DNA of 40,938 bases from an uncultured Anaerococcus sp. (GTDB taxonomy: Bacteria; Bacillota; Clostridia; Tissierellales; Peptoniphilaceae): assembly GCA_963511095.1 (NCBI GenBank), contig CAUPHU010000001.1:1-40938 (forward strand), written 5' to 3'. The position numbers were made by a program, and so were the translations under genes. Under the pieces are notes generated by a model. It ran no database searches, was not told the DNA's origin, and saw nothing but the letters and a program-made list of their open reading frames with translations. How positions within the stretch are numbered: position 1 is the first letter of the stretch; the number at the start of each line of letters is the position of its first letter. Below are positions 19,663 through 27,857 of the stretch, piece after piece.

Positions 19663-20354
19663 TCTTCCTCCGTAATTAGCTTGATTTCATCCCTATTTGC
19701 TATAGTTTGAAAATATTTGATGTCTTCTTTTGATTTGTCAGCTAATACATAGGCCCTAGTTGCATTTTCAATAGCCCTAGCCTTAACCACAGCTTCACTT
19801 TGATCGGCTGTATAGAAAGCTTTTTTATCAAAACCATTTGCCCCTATAAAGGCCAGGTCAAAGTTGTATTTAGAAATTGACTCTAGGGTTTTAACTCCTG
19901 TTGTCACCTTAGTTTCTGGCTTAATCTTCCCTTCTAAAAGAATGGTAGGGATGTTTTTAGAAATAAGTTTATCCACATGCATAAGACCATTTGTGACAAT
20001 TGTCATTTCCTGTCCGTAATTAAGAAAATCTATAAGCTCTCCGCAAGTAGAACCTGCATCAAGGTAAATAAATTTTGCATCGCCTATAAGCTTAGCTGCC
20101 TTTCTTCCTATGATTGATTTTTCCTTTAATTTTATTTTCTGATTGTCAGTGAAATTTATCTCGCTTGGTGCTATAGAATTTAAAACTGCCCCTCCGTGAA
20201 CCCTTTTGATTTTGCCCATATCTTGTAGATAAGACAAGTCTCGCCTCAAGGTTGATTCACTGACTTTCAATTTCTCTGTTAAGATTTTATTTGATACAGC
20301 CTCTTCTTTTTCGAGTGTATCTAAAATAATTTCAAGCCTCTTTTCTAATATCAT
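19659..20354 (-). CDS. fruR: DeoR-family fructose operon repressor
   Basis: VSESTLRRDL, RVHGGA, LDAGST, VTNG; first gene of fruRKA. Confidence 0.92.
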   Translation of the reverse strand: MILEKRLEIILDTLEKEEAVSNKILTEKLKVSESTLRRDLSYLQDMGKIKRVHGGAVLNSIAPSEINFTDNQKIKLKEKSIIGRKAAKLIGDAKFIYLDAGSTCGELIDFLNYGQEMTIVTNGLMHVDKLISKNIPTILLEGKIKPETKVTTGVKTLESISKYNFDLAFIGANGFDKKAFYTADQSEAVVKARAIENATRAYVLADKSKEDIKYFQTIANRDEIKLITEEE

Positions 20355-20372
20355 GTTAATATTATAACAGCA

Positions 20373-20412
20373 TTATCAGTCAAAGTAAATCATAAACAAT
20401 CAAAATCAGTCA
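20373..20412 (-). promoter_or_regulatory. FruR operator: four tandem 10-bp repeats
   Basis: Minus strand TGACTGATTT TGATTGTTTA TGATTTACTT TGACTGATAA, resembling the Firmicute FruR TGAWWGWTTT x4 operator; overlaps -35 (TTTACT) of a promoter with extended -10 TGTTATAAT (20369-61). Confidence 0.85.
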
Positions 20413-20425
20413 AAAGTATTTTTTA

Positions 20426-20454
20426 TTGACTAATAGGCGCTTAAAGATTATAAT
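20426..20454 (+). promoter_or_regulatory. sigma-A promoter of xpt
   Basis: TTGACT-17 nt-TATAAT. Confidence 0.75.
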
Positions 20455-20498
20455 TATCTCAAAGCATAAACGAAATATTGAAGCTAGAAGGAGATATG

Positions 20499-21074
20499 AT
20501 GAAAGAACTAGAAGAGAGAATTCTCAAAGATGGTATTGTAATTGGGCCTGACATATTAAAGGTTGACTCTTTCTTAAACCAACAGATTGACTCTAAATTG
20601 ATACATAAAATGGGCATTGAGTTTGCCAACTATTTTAGGGACAAAAAAATAGACAAGGTCCTAACTGTAGAGTCTTCTGGTATAGCCCCAGCCCTTGCTA
20701 CTGCATTTGAGCTTGGTGTTGACTGTGTATTTGCCAGAAAAAAACAATCACTTACAACTGGGGATAATTTCTATCATTCAAGTGTATATTCATTTACTAA
20801 GCAAGTTACAAACGAATTAATCGTTTCAAAGGACTTCCTAAAAGAAGGCGAAAACGTCCTAATGATTGACGACTTTTTAGCCAACGGTCAAGCTGCCAAG
20901 GGCATGATTGCAATAGTTAGACAAGCAGGTGCAAATCCAGCTGGTCTTGGTATTGTAATAGAAAAATCTTTTAGTGAAGGTAGAGAATTAATAGAAGAAA
21001 TGGATATTGATATCTACTCACTTGCAAGAATTGCCAAACTAGAAGACGGCGAGATCACTTTTGTAGAAGAATAA
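20499..21074 (+). CDS. xpt: Xanthine phosphoribosyltransferase
   Basis: ILKVDSFLNQQID, TVESSGIA, VYSFTK, PRPP motif IDDFLANG. Start at ATG 20499 (or 20496) after AAGGAG. Confidence 0.95.
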   Translation: MKELEERILKDGIVIGPDILKVDSFLNQQIDSKLIHKMGIEFANYFRDKKIDKVLTVESSGIAPALATAFELGVDCVFARKKQSLTTGDNFYHSSVYSFTKQVTNELIVSKDFLKEGENVLMIDDFLANGQAAKGMIAIVRQAGANPAGLGIVIEKSFSEGRELIEEMDIDIYSLARIAKLEDGEITFVEE

Positions 21075-21079
21075 AAAAC

Positions 21080-21130
21080 AAACTGCCAGGATATTGATTT
21101 AAACTTCAATATCCGGCAGTTTTTCTTTTT
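21080..21130 (+). terminator. xpt terminator
   Basis: AAACTGCC-A-GGATATTGA / TCAATATCC-GGCAGTTT then T-rich tail. Confidence 0.8.
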
Positions 21131-21176
21131 ATCACTTTTATATTTTTTTATTAAATCCCTCATAGCCTATTTTATA

Positions 21177-21185
21177 TGATATAAT
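21177..21185 (+). promoter_or_regulatory. Extended -10 promoter of Fst-like toxin mRNA
   Basis: TGATATAAT about 50 nt upstream of the toxin ATG. Confidence 0.6.
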
Positions 21186-21234
21186 AAAGTTGCCTAACAC
21201 CAAAATATCTTAGGTGGAGGGAGGTGAGTCACAA

Positions 21235-21330
21235 ATGATTCAACTACTTTTGGAAAACTTTTATTTTCCACTACTTGTAGGTATTATTTTAATTATTTTA
21301 GACAAATATTTAGATTCTACCTTCAAGTAA
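21235..21330 (+). CDS. Fst-family type I toxin (31 aa)
   Basis: MIQLLLENFYFPLLVGIILIILDKYLDSTFK*; RBS GGAGGT; PxxVG motif in a single TM helix followed by a charged tail, as in Fst/PepA1 peptides; below ORF-track cutoff. Confidence 0.85.
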   Translation: MIQLLLENFYFPLLVGIILIILDKYLDSTFK

Positions 21331-21333
21331 AAT

Positions 21334-21367
21334 TAAAAAGACACTAGCACCACCTAGTGTCTTTTTA
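21334..21367. terminator. Bidirectional terminator shared by toxin mRNA and antitoxin RNA
   Basis: TAAAAAGACACTAG-CACCAC-CTAGTGTCTTTTTA, perfect stem with A/T tracts on both sides. Confidence 0.85.
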
Positions 21368-21423
21368 TGTGTGAGTCACACTCACTATTCAACTACTTCG
21401 CTTTGTAAGAGGTGGCTTCTCTT
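21334..21423 (-). ncRNA. Predicted RNA II-type antitoxin of the Fst module (~90 nt)
   Basis: Convergent promoter TTGAAA (21457-52)-16 nt-TATAAT (21435-30); spans second copies of GTGAGTCACA (21371-80 = 21224-33) and ATTCAACTACTT (21387-98 = 21238-49), making it antisense to the toxin initiation region. Ends are estimated. Confidence 0.75.
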
Positions 21424-21808
21424 AGTATTATTATATAGCCTTTTTCTAATTTTTCAATATCAGACTTATTAACTATTATTTATTATACTTAATCGGAAAT
21501 GACGGTTTTATGGCTGTCAGTAATCAAAACTAATTAATTATTTAATTGTTAAACAATGTATAAGACTCTTGCTTATCATATTAATCCTATAAGACTAAGA
21601 GTTTGTCTTAAGAAATTATCTAACTATATTCACTTTATCTACCTTATAAGTTTTAAATAAAAATATTTATAAAATTTTGCCACTCCTTTTAAATTTTTAT
21701 AATTTTTAATACAAAAATCACTGAAAAATCATCAAAACAAATTACATTTCCTTCCAAAGCCTTATTCTGTCAATATTTTATCTATGAAATAAATTCTGCA
21801 AAAAAGTC

Positions 21809-21865
21809 TTGACAAATTTTAAACTTTAGTTTATTATTAACATAGACGTTGATAAAGATTATCAA
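21809..21865 (+). promoter_or_regulatory. sigma-A promoter plus Fur-type box upstream of flavodoxin
   Basis: TTGACA (21809-14)-17 nt-TATTAT (21832-37); TTGATAA-AGA-TTATCAA (21849-65) is one mismatch from the 7-1-7 Fur box TGATAATNATTATCA. Confidence 0.75.
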
Positions 21866-21894
21866 TATCGAGAAAATAAACTTAAGGAGTTAAT

Positions 21895-22329
21895 ATGAAA
21901 AAAGTTGCAATAATATATTGGTCAGGCACTGGCAATACCCTTGCTATGGCAAATGAAATAGCTGATGAGCTTAAGAACAATAGCATTGAAGTAAATATCT
22001 TAACAGCAAGCGAATTTACAAAAGACGATATAGACTCATACGATGGCTTCGCTTTTGGTTGTCCAGCTATGGGATCTGAAGAGCTTGAAGAAAGCGAATT
22101 TGAACCAATGTTTGAAAGCGTAGAGAATTCTTTATCAAACAAGCCTGTTTTAATTTTTGGTTCCTATGAATGGGCAGAAGGCGAATGGATGACAACTTGG
22201 CAAGAAAGATGCGTAAATGATGGTATCAACCTAGTTTGTGATGGCCTTATAGCTTATGATTATCCAGACGATGAAGCTTTGGGAGAATGCAGAAAGGCAG
22301 CCTTAGAACTTGCTAAAGCCATAAATTAG
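21895..22329 (+). CDS. Short-chain flavodoxin
   Basis: YWSGTGNTLAMA FMN loop, GCPAMGSEEL, FGSYEW. Confidence 0.93.
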   Translation: MKKVAIIYWSGTGNTLAMANEIADELKNNSIEVNILTASEFTKDDIDSYDGFAFGCPAMGSEELEESEFEPMFESVENSLSNKPVLIFGSYEWAEGEWMTTWQERCVNDGINLVCDGLIAYDYPDDEALGECRKAALELAKAIN

Positions 22330-22330
22330 T

Positions 22331-22876
22331 ATGTACGAAGTTTTACTTATTAATTACGCATCACAAACTTTAGCTAATAAAAAACTTGCCAACCTATTTA
22401 CTTTTAAAAATCTTAAAAATATAGACATAGAAAAAATGGTTTATGAGTGGAACCAAATACTTAACGAGAAAAATATCTACGTTGATATTTTGGGTAGTGG
22501 CAAATCTTCCGCTCAAATTTATACCTATAGGCCAGAAAAACTTAAGGCTGTATTAAACAAAATAGAGGTTAGAAATCTCTTAAGTCCCCTAGGCTATGAT
22601 ACAAATGACCTAGAACAATCAATAAACCATTTGAAAAAGAGATTTAGGAAAGAAAATTTCCCCCACGAAATTGGTATTTTTCTAGGTTACCCTTATGAAG
22701 ATGTAATAGGTTTCATTGAAAATAAGGGAACAAAGTACTTAAGTAACGGCTACTGGAAAGTATATGCCGACAAGGAAGAAAAGCTTAAACTTTTCGATCA
22801 GTATAATAAGATTAAAAAATCCTACAAAACTATATTTAGTCGCCACAAAAATATAGCTAAGCTTTGCCTAAGCTAG
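22331..22876 (+). CDS. DUF3793-family protein
   Basis: FPHEIGIFLGYPYEDVIGF and GYWKVY motifs; family commonly adjacent to flavodoxin. Confidence 0.8.
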   Translation: MYEVLLINYASQTLANKKLANLFTFKNLKNIDIEKMVYEWNQILNEKNIYVDILGSGKSSAQIYTYRPEKLKAVLNKIEVRNLLSPLGYDTNDLEQSINHLKKRFRKENFPHEIGIFLGYPYEDVIGFIENKGTKYLSNGYWKVYADKEEKLKLFDQYNKIKKSYKTIFSRHKNIAKLCLS

Positions 22877-22881
22877 GATTT

Positions 22882-23063
22882 AAATCTAAAAACTAATAAC
22901 GCTCAAAGTCCCCTATAGGGGCAAATAATTGTCATATAATTTACTAAAATAATTAACACTAAAAAAGGCTACTTGTATGTTTCCTTTCATTGCCCCTTTT
23001 ATAGAAATCAAAAATTAACGCTCTAGAGATTTCTATAAGGGTATAATACAGATAGCCTTTTTT
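22882..23063. repeat. Structured intergenic element (long imperfect hairpin + degenerate direct repeat)
   Basis: Outer arms AAAAAAGGCTACTTGTAT (22961-78)/ATACAGATAGCCTTTTTT (23046-63); inner arms TTATAGAAATC/GATTTCTATAA; AAATC..AAAAA..TAACGCTC..CTATA.GGG..TAAT occurs at ~22882 and ~23005. Confidence 0.55.
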
Positions 23064-23089
23064 CTTTACTTATTTTTTTTAAAAAATAT

Positions 23090-25390
23090 TTATTTTATTT
23101 TCTCTATTATTCTTGACCTAGTTTCAAATTCATCACTTGAACCAGATATAGAAGAATTCTCCTTGGCAAGATCTGCCATTTTATCTAGAATATCTTTAGC
23201 TTCTCTTAAATCTCCTGTTTTAGCTGAGATTTTGTCGATTCCTTCTGTTTTATATCTTCTAAGACCTGAATCAAATTCTTGGTATTTGGCATTGTAGGTA
23301 TCTTGGCCTTCTTTTAGTTTAAGGGCCCCTTGTCTTAGGTCAGAAATTCCAATATTTAAATCAGCAAGTCCCTTACTCATTGGGTCTAGCGCTTTTTCCC
23401 TAAGATTTCCAAGATTGCCTATAGCTTTTGATTTTTCTTCAAATTCATTTAGGCCACTAGATAAAAGCATTGAGCCTTCCTTAAGGTCAGCTGATTTATT
23501 ATCCAAAGTATCTAAGCCGTTAGCTAATTTTTGGACTCCTTGCCTGTTTTGGCTTGTGGCATCTTTTAGTTTTTCTGATCCATCTTTTAGGCTTGCTAGT
23601 CCCTCATCAAGTGAGATAATAGCTTGGTTTAATTTCATCAAATCACTATCTGATAGGCCTTCTTCTAGTTTACTTACTCCAAGAGCAAGGCCCTTGGATG
23701 CCTTTGATAAGTCTGTTTCTGAAGCAACAATCTTTGCACTCATCTCATCCATGGATTCTTTTATCTTAAGAATTGATCCGCTTAGTTCTGTGGCACCGCC
23801 AGATAATTCAGCTAAAGAGTTCTCTAATCCAGCATTAACCTGTTGATTAACCGCAAGACTTTGGGCATTGGCATAAAGATTATTTTCAATCTCTCTTAGA
23901 CTTTCGAGCTCAGCCGAAAGACTTCCGTCCTCATTTTTCGCTTCAAGGCTTGCAATTTGATTGTGAAGCGCACCTGCATTTTGATTTATAGCACCTATTT
24001 GATTTTCTAAGCTTTCCGCACTTGCCATTGTCTCATTAAGTTTTGAAACAGCTCCCTCAATATTCTTGCTTCCTTCAGCTGTTTTATCAAGACCTGCGCT
24101 CATCGCGGCAAGTCCTTCTGCCATAGGGGCTAATTTTACCTCAAAGTCATTTAGACCTTTTGATAGGGTTTTTAAAGATTCAGCAAATACAGTCACATCG
24201 CTTCCACCGCTGGCCTCACTTAATTTCTTCCTTAATTCGCTAGATCCGGCATTTAATTTTCCAACTCCTTCATCAAGGTCAGAAGCTCCTTTTTCAATAC
24301 CGAGTGCTGCTTCATTTAATTTATCCATATTAGCATTTATTTCGCTTACACCTGCTGTATATTGGTTGATGCCAGTATTTAAGCTTGCCCCACCTTGGTT
24401 TAGCTTACTTACTGCACCTGTCACAGGTTTTATTTGTTCAGGAAGAGATCCAAAAGCTTGTGCCATTTGATCAAAAGATGATTTGAGCTTTGCCGAACCA
24501 TCTTCAAGCTTACCTGCTCCATCGCTTAGGTCAGCAAGACCTGTTGAAATTTTGCCTGAACCATCTTTTAATTTGCTTGATGCATCGACAAGCTTATCGG
24601 CATTTGAAGTTAGCTCATCAATTCCATTCTCCAAATCATCAAGTGATTCTATATTCTTGCCATCTTGGAAAATTTCGTTTGTGATAACAGCATAAACTTC
24701 TGTTGGCTTATAATTTTTGACATCCATTTCAATTTCTATTTGGTCTTTGAACTTATCAAGCTTATCCTTATCTAAAATTCCGTCAAAGTTTTCCCTAAGG
24801 CCTGGTGTCAAAACGCCTGTTACGATTTGATTCTTTCCGTCTTTTATGACCTTAGCTGAAGGGGCTTCAATATTTTCAACCTGGTCTTCAGGGAAGCTAA
24901 CTTCTGTCACAACTAGATATGGGGCATAGATATTTTTCTTTGAATTACGAGCTTTTTCACTTATTTTATTTGTGGCCTTGATGGTGATTTTAAGTTTACC
25001 ACTTGCCCCATCAAGGTCAGCAAAATTCACGTTTTTGCCATCTAATTGGTAAGATATTTCCACATCTACAGGCAAATCTTTATCAGTCTTACCCTGATAA
25101 TATAGGTCTTTTTCGTCAGCTTTTATATCTATAAAACCGTCTTTAGTTTGAATTTTTTCATCATTTTCCAGATTTTTAATATCTTTTAGGTCTGACTTAT
25201 CCTTTATTTCTTTGTTCTCGTCATTATTTATCCAAACTGAAACAGTTTTATCTTTGATTTTATTTGCTTCTTTATTTACATAAATTGTTTCGTTTTTCTT
25301 AGCGACTGGCTCTTTAGCATAAATTGTATTTGTGGAAAGAATTGAGCTTACACTCACAATAGCAAGAGCCTTTACAAATTTTTTATTCAT
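23090..25390 (-). CDS. Secreted YhgE/Pip-like protein with X-X-X-Leu-X-X-Gly heptad repeats
   Basis: Signal peptide, KNETIYV N-terminal domain, LYYQG..LPVDVEISYQLDG, long LxxG heptad coiled-coil, no C-terminal TM helices. Confidence 0.8.
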   Translation of the reverse strand: MNKKFVKALAIVSVSSILSTNTIYAKEPVAKKNETIYVNKEANKIKDKTVSVWINNDENKEIKDKSDLKDIKNLENDEKIQTKDGFIDIKADEKDLYYQGKTDKDLPVDVEISYQLDGKNVNFADLDGASGKLKITIKATNKISEKARNSKKNIYAPYLVVTEVSFPEDQVENIEAPSAKVIKDGKNQIVTGVLTPGLRENFDGILDKDKLDKFKDQIEIEMDVKNYKPTEVYAVITNEIFQDGKNIESLDDLENGIDELTSNADKLVDASSKLKDGSGKISTGLADLSDGAGKLEDGSAKLKSSFDQMAQAFGSLPEQIKPVTGAVSKLNQGGASLNTGINQYTAGVSEINANMDKLNEAALGIEKGASDLDEGVGKLNAGSSELRKKLSEASGGSDVTVFAESLKTLSKGLNDFEVKLAPMAEGLAAMSAGLDKTAEGSKNIEGAVSKLNETMASAESLENQIGAINQNAGALHNQIASLEAKNEDGSLSAELESLREIENNLYANAQSLAVNQQVNAGLENSLAELSGGATELSGSILKIKESMDEMSAKIVASETDLSKASKGLALGVSKLEEGLSDSDLMKLNQAIISLDEGLASLKDGSEKLKDATSQNRQGVQKLANGLDTLDNKSADLKEGSMLLSSGLNEFEEKSKAIGNLGNLREKALDPMSKGLADLNIGISDLRQGALKLKEGQDTYNAKYQEFDSGLRRYKTEGIDKISAKTGDLREAKDILDKMADLAKENSSISGSSDEFETRSRIIEKIK

Positions 25391-27458
25391 TTTCTCCTCC
25401 TAATTTCTTAAAACCTTTGGTAGTTTTTTCTATAAATGGAATTGTTACACCAATAATTGCTGGAAGGAAGATGATAATTACAAGCATTGAAATTATTGCA
25501 CCCCTTGCCAAGAAGATACAAATTGTTGATACAATTTCCATTTTTGAATATATACCAACACCAATAGTTGCCGCAAAGAATGATAGGGCTGATGTGACTA
25601 TTGATTTGGAAGTTTCCCTGACTGATAAATCTAGGGCCTTTTCTAAGTCCCTGTATTTTTTATATTCAAATAAAAACCTATCCATCATCAAAATTGAGTA
25701 GTCGATGGTTGATCCTAGTTGGACTACACCGATTATAATAGATGTGATAAATGGAATTGTATGGCCAAAGTAGAATGGGATTCCCATATTTATAAAAATC
25801 GCAAGTTCAATCGCTGCTATCAAAACAATTGGGATAGCAAGTGATTTGAAGACTAGGGCGATAATTACAAAGACAACTCCAATTGAAGCAATATTTACCA
25901 TCTTAAAGTCCCTATCAGATAGGATTGTAAGGTCCTTTGTAAGGACGGCTTCGCCTGTGAGTTTGCCATCAGGATCGTGAGATTTTACTATTTTATCAAT
26001 CTCAGAAACCTGCTTATTAACTTCACTTGATGCTGTCTGATATTCAGAATTAATCATTAGCATTTGGTAGCCAGCTTGGTTGAAATTATCGCTTAATTTG
26101 TCTGGAAGCATATTACTTGGCATGGTTAGACCAGTCATTGAATTTGCACTTAGGACATTATTAACCCCATCAACATTTTCGATTTCACTGATCATAGAAT
26201 TGATGCTTGCCTTTGAAAGATCATCTTTTACAACCACAAAATGGCTTGATGCCATATTATAATCTTTTTTCATCTTGTTTAGGGCAACAATTGAATCAAG
26301 ATCTTGAGGCAGAGACCTATCTAGGTTGTAATAAAGGTCTGTATTTCTCGCCCCGTAAATTGCTGGTATAAATAAAAGCAAAAAGACAATAAAGAGTGGC
26401 TTTCTCTTTTTGATTGTGAAATTTGCTGTCCTTGAAAAATCTGGCAATAAAACCTTGTGGTTAAACCTATTTACTAATTTTTCTGATAAAAGAATCATTG
26501 GTGGAAGTACTACTACAGTTGAAATAAGGCCTAATAAAACTCCCTTACTCATTACAAGACCAATATCCTTACCAAGTCCAAGTTGCATAAGGAGTAAGAC
26601 TAAAAATCCAGCAAAAGTTGTAAGAGATGAAGCAAATATTGATGCCAAAGTCGAATCTATAGCCTTTGCCATAGCTTCATTTTTGTTTTCGGTTTTGCCT
26701 TTTTTCTCTACATACCTATGGTAGAGGAAAATCGAATAGTCTGTGGTTACCGCAAGCTGCAAAACTGCTGCTATAGCCTTGGTGATATAAGAAATTTCTC
26801 CCAAGAAAAAATTTGTACCAAAGTTATAGACAATTGCATAGCCAATATTGAGCATAAATAAAAATGGTATTATGGTCGATTCGTTGGCTAGAGATAAAAC
26901 GACTAAGGCAAGGGCGACTGCTAGGGCCACATAGATAGGTGTTTCGTGATCTATTAGGTCTTTAGTATCCTTTACCAAAGATGAAATTCCGCTTAGGTAT
27001 TTTTCCTTAGATTCGATCGCTTTTATAGAGTCAATGGCCTCCATGGTTCTAAAAGATGATGACGATTCGGAAAATTTGACCATCAAAAGAGTCGAATCAT
27101 CACTATAAAAAGCATCTCTCAACTCATCTGGCAAAAATTTATCAGGAATAGTATCTCCTACTATAGAAGATTTTGAAATTACGTCTTCTACCCCATCGAT
27201 TTCTAAGATTTTGTTTTTCAAATCTTCTGCATCGGCATCAGAACCCTTAAGAATTAACATGCCCGTTGCAGCATTTTTAAAATCTTCATCAAGGATTTTT
27301 TGTCCCTGTGTTGACTCAAGATCTGCTGGCAAGTATGACAATATATCATAGTTCACACCAGTAGACTTGTATCCTATCCAAGATGGTATCAATAATATAG
27401 TCATTATCAATAAGACTAGTCTAGGATGGTATGAAATAAATTTAGATATTTTTTTCAT
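25383..27458 (-). CDS. MMPL-family (RND superfamily) transporter
   Basis: Two-fold repeat with VNYDILSYLP, LQLAVTTDYSIFL and VQLGSTIDYSIL. Start placed at ATG 27458 after AAAGGAAG. Confidence 0.9.
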   Translation of the reverse strand: MKKISKFISYHPRLVLLIMTILLIPSWIGYKSTGVNYDILSYLPADLESTQGQKILDEDFKNAATGMLILKGSDADAEDLKNKILEIDGVEDVISKSSIVGDTIPDKFLPDELRDAFYSDDSTLLMVKFSESSSSFRTMEAIDSIKAIESKEKYLSGISSLVKDTKDLIDHETPIYVALAVALALVVLSLANESTIIPFLFMLNIGYAIVYNFGTNFFLGEISYITKAIAAVLQLAVTTDYSIFLYHRYVEKKGKTENKNEAMAKAIDSTLASIFASSLTTFAGFLVLLLMQLGLGKDIGLVMSKGVLLGLISTVVVLPPMILLSEKLVNRFNHKVLLPDFSRTANFTIKKRKPLFIVFLLLFIPAIYGARNTDLYYNLDRSLPQDLDSIVALNKMKKDYNMASSHFVVVKDDLSKASINSMISEIENVDGVNNVLSANSMTGLTMPSNMLPDKLSDNFNQAGYQMLMINSEYQTASSEVNKQVSEIDKIVKSHDPDGKLTGEAVLTKDLTILSDRDFKMVNIASIGVVFVIIALVFKSLAIPIVLIAAIELAIFINMGIPFYFGHTIPFITSIIIGVVQLGSTIDYSILMMDRFLFEYKKYRDLEKALDLSVRETSKSIVTSALSFFAATIGVGIYSKMEIVSTICIFLARGAIISMLVIIIFLPAIIGVTIPFIEKTTKGFKKLGGENE

Positions 27459-27825
27459 TTCTAACTTCCTTTCTATCAATTAGCCATAAAATCATCATAA
27501 GAAATTTCTTAATTTTCTAAATAAATTTTTCAAGTAAAAGTATTAGGATTATAACTAAAAATATGGTTCTAATTATTTATGATTCACATTTTATTAATTT
27601 TGATTTAATACCATATCACTTATCTTAATTTTTTTACTATTTTTATTTAAAATATTTAGATTCTTATCATTAAAATTAAGTTTTATATTTTATCAGCTAA
27701 TTTATATAATACACACTCAGAAAATTATTTCAAGTTTGATATATTATGATTAATAACTTTTTGAATAGAAAAAACTTTGAAAGACTTGCAAATACTAGGT
27801 TCTTAAATAGAAATTTTTTTAAAAT

Positions 27826-27853
27826 AAAAAAAGACCCTATTTCTAGAGTCTTT
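27826..27853 (-). terminator. ldh terminator
   Basis: AAAGACCCTA/TAGAGTCTTT stem with T tract on the minus strand. Confidence 0.65.
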
Positions 27854-27857
27854 GTTC

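Noticed and set aside
20455..20498. Purine riboswitch before xpt
   Set aside because: Leader too short and lacks the aptamer consensus.
21540..21800. TATAAGACT repeats and a tiny GTG-start minus-strand ORF in the AT-rich spacer
   Set aside because: Only two short copies, no CRISPR-like periodicity; ORF is 14 codons with the RBS overlapping its start.
23090..25390. Phage tape-measure or chemotaxis receptor
   Set aside because: Signal peptide, MMPL coupling and LxxG heptads fit the YhgE/Pip-like family; no phage genes or MCP hairpin motif.
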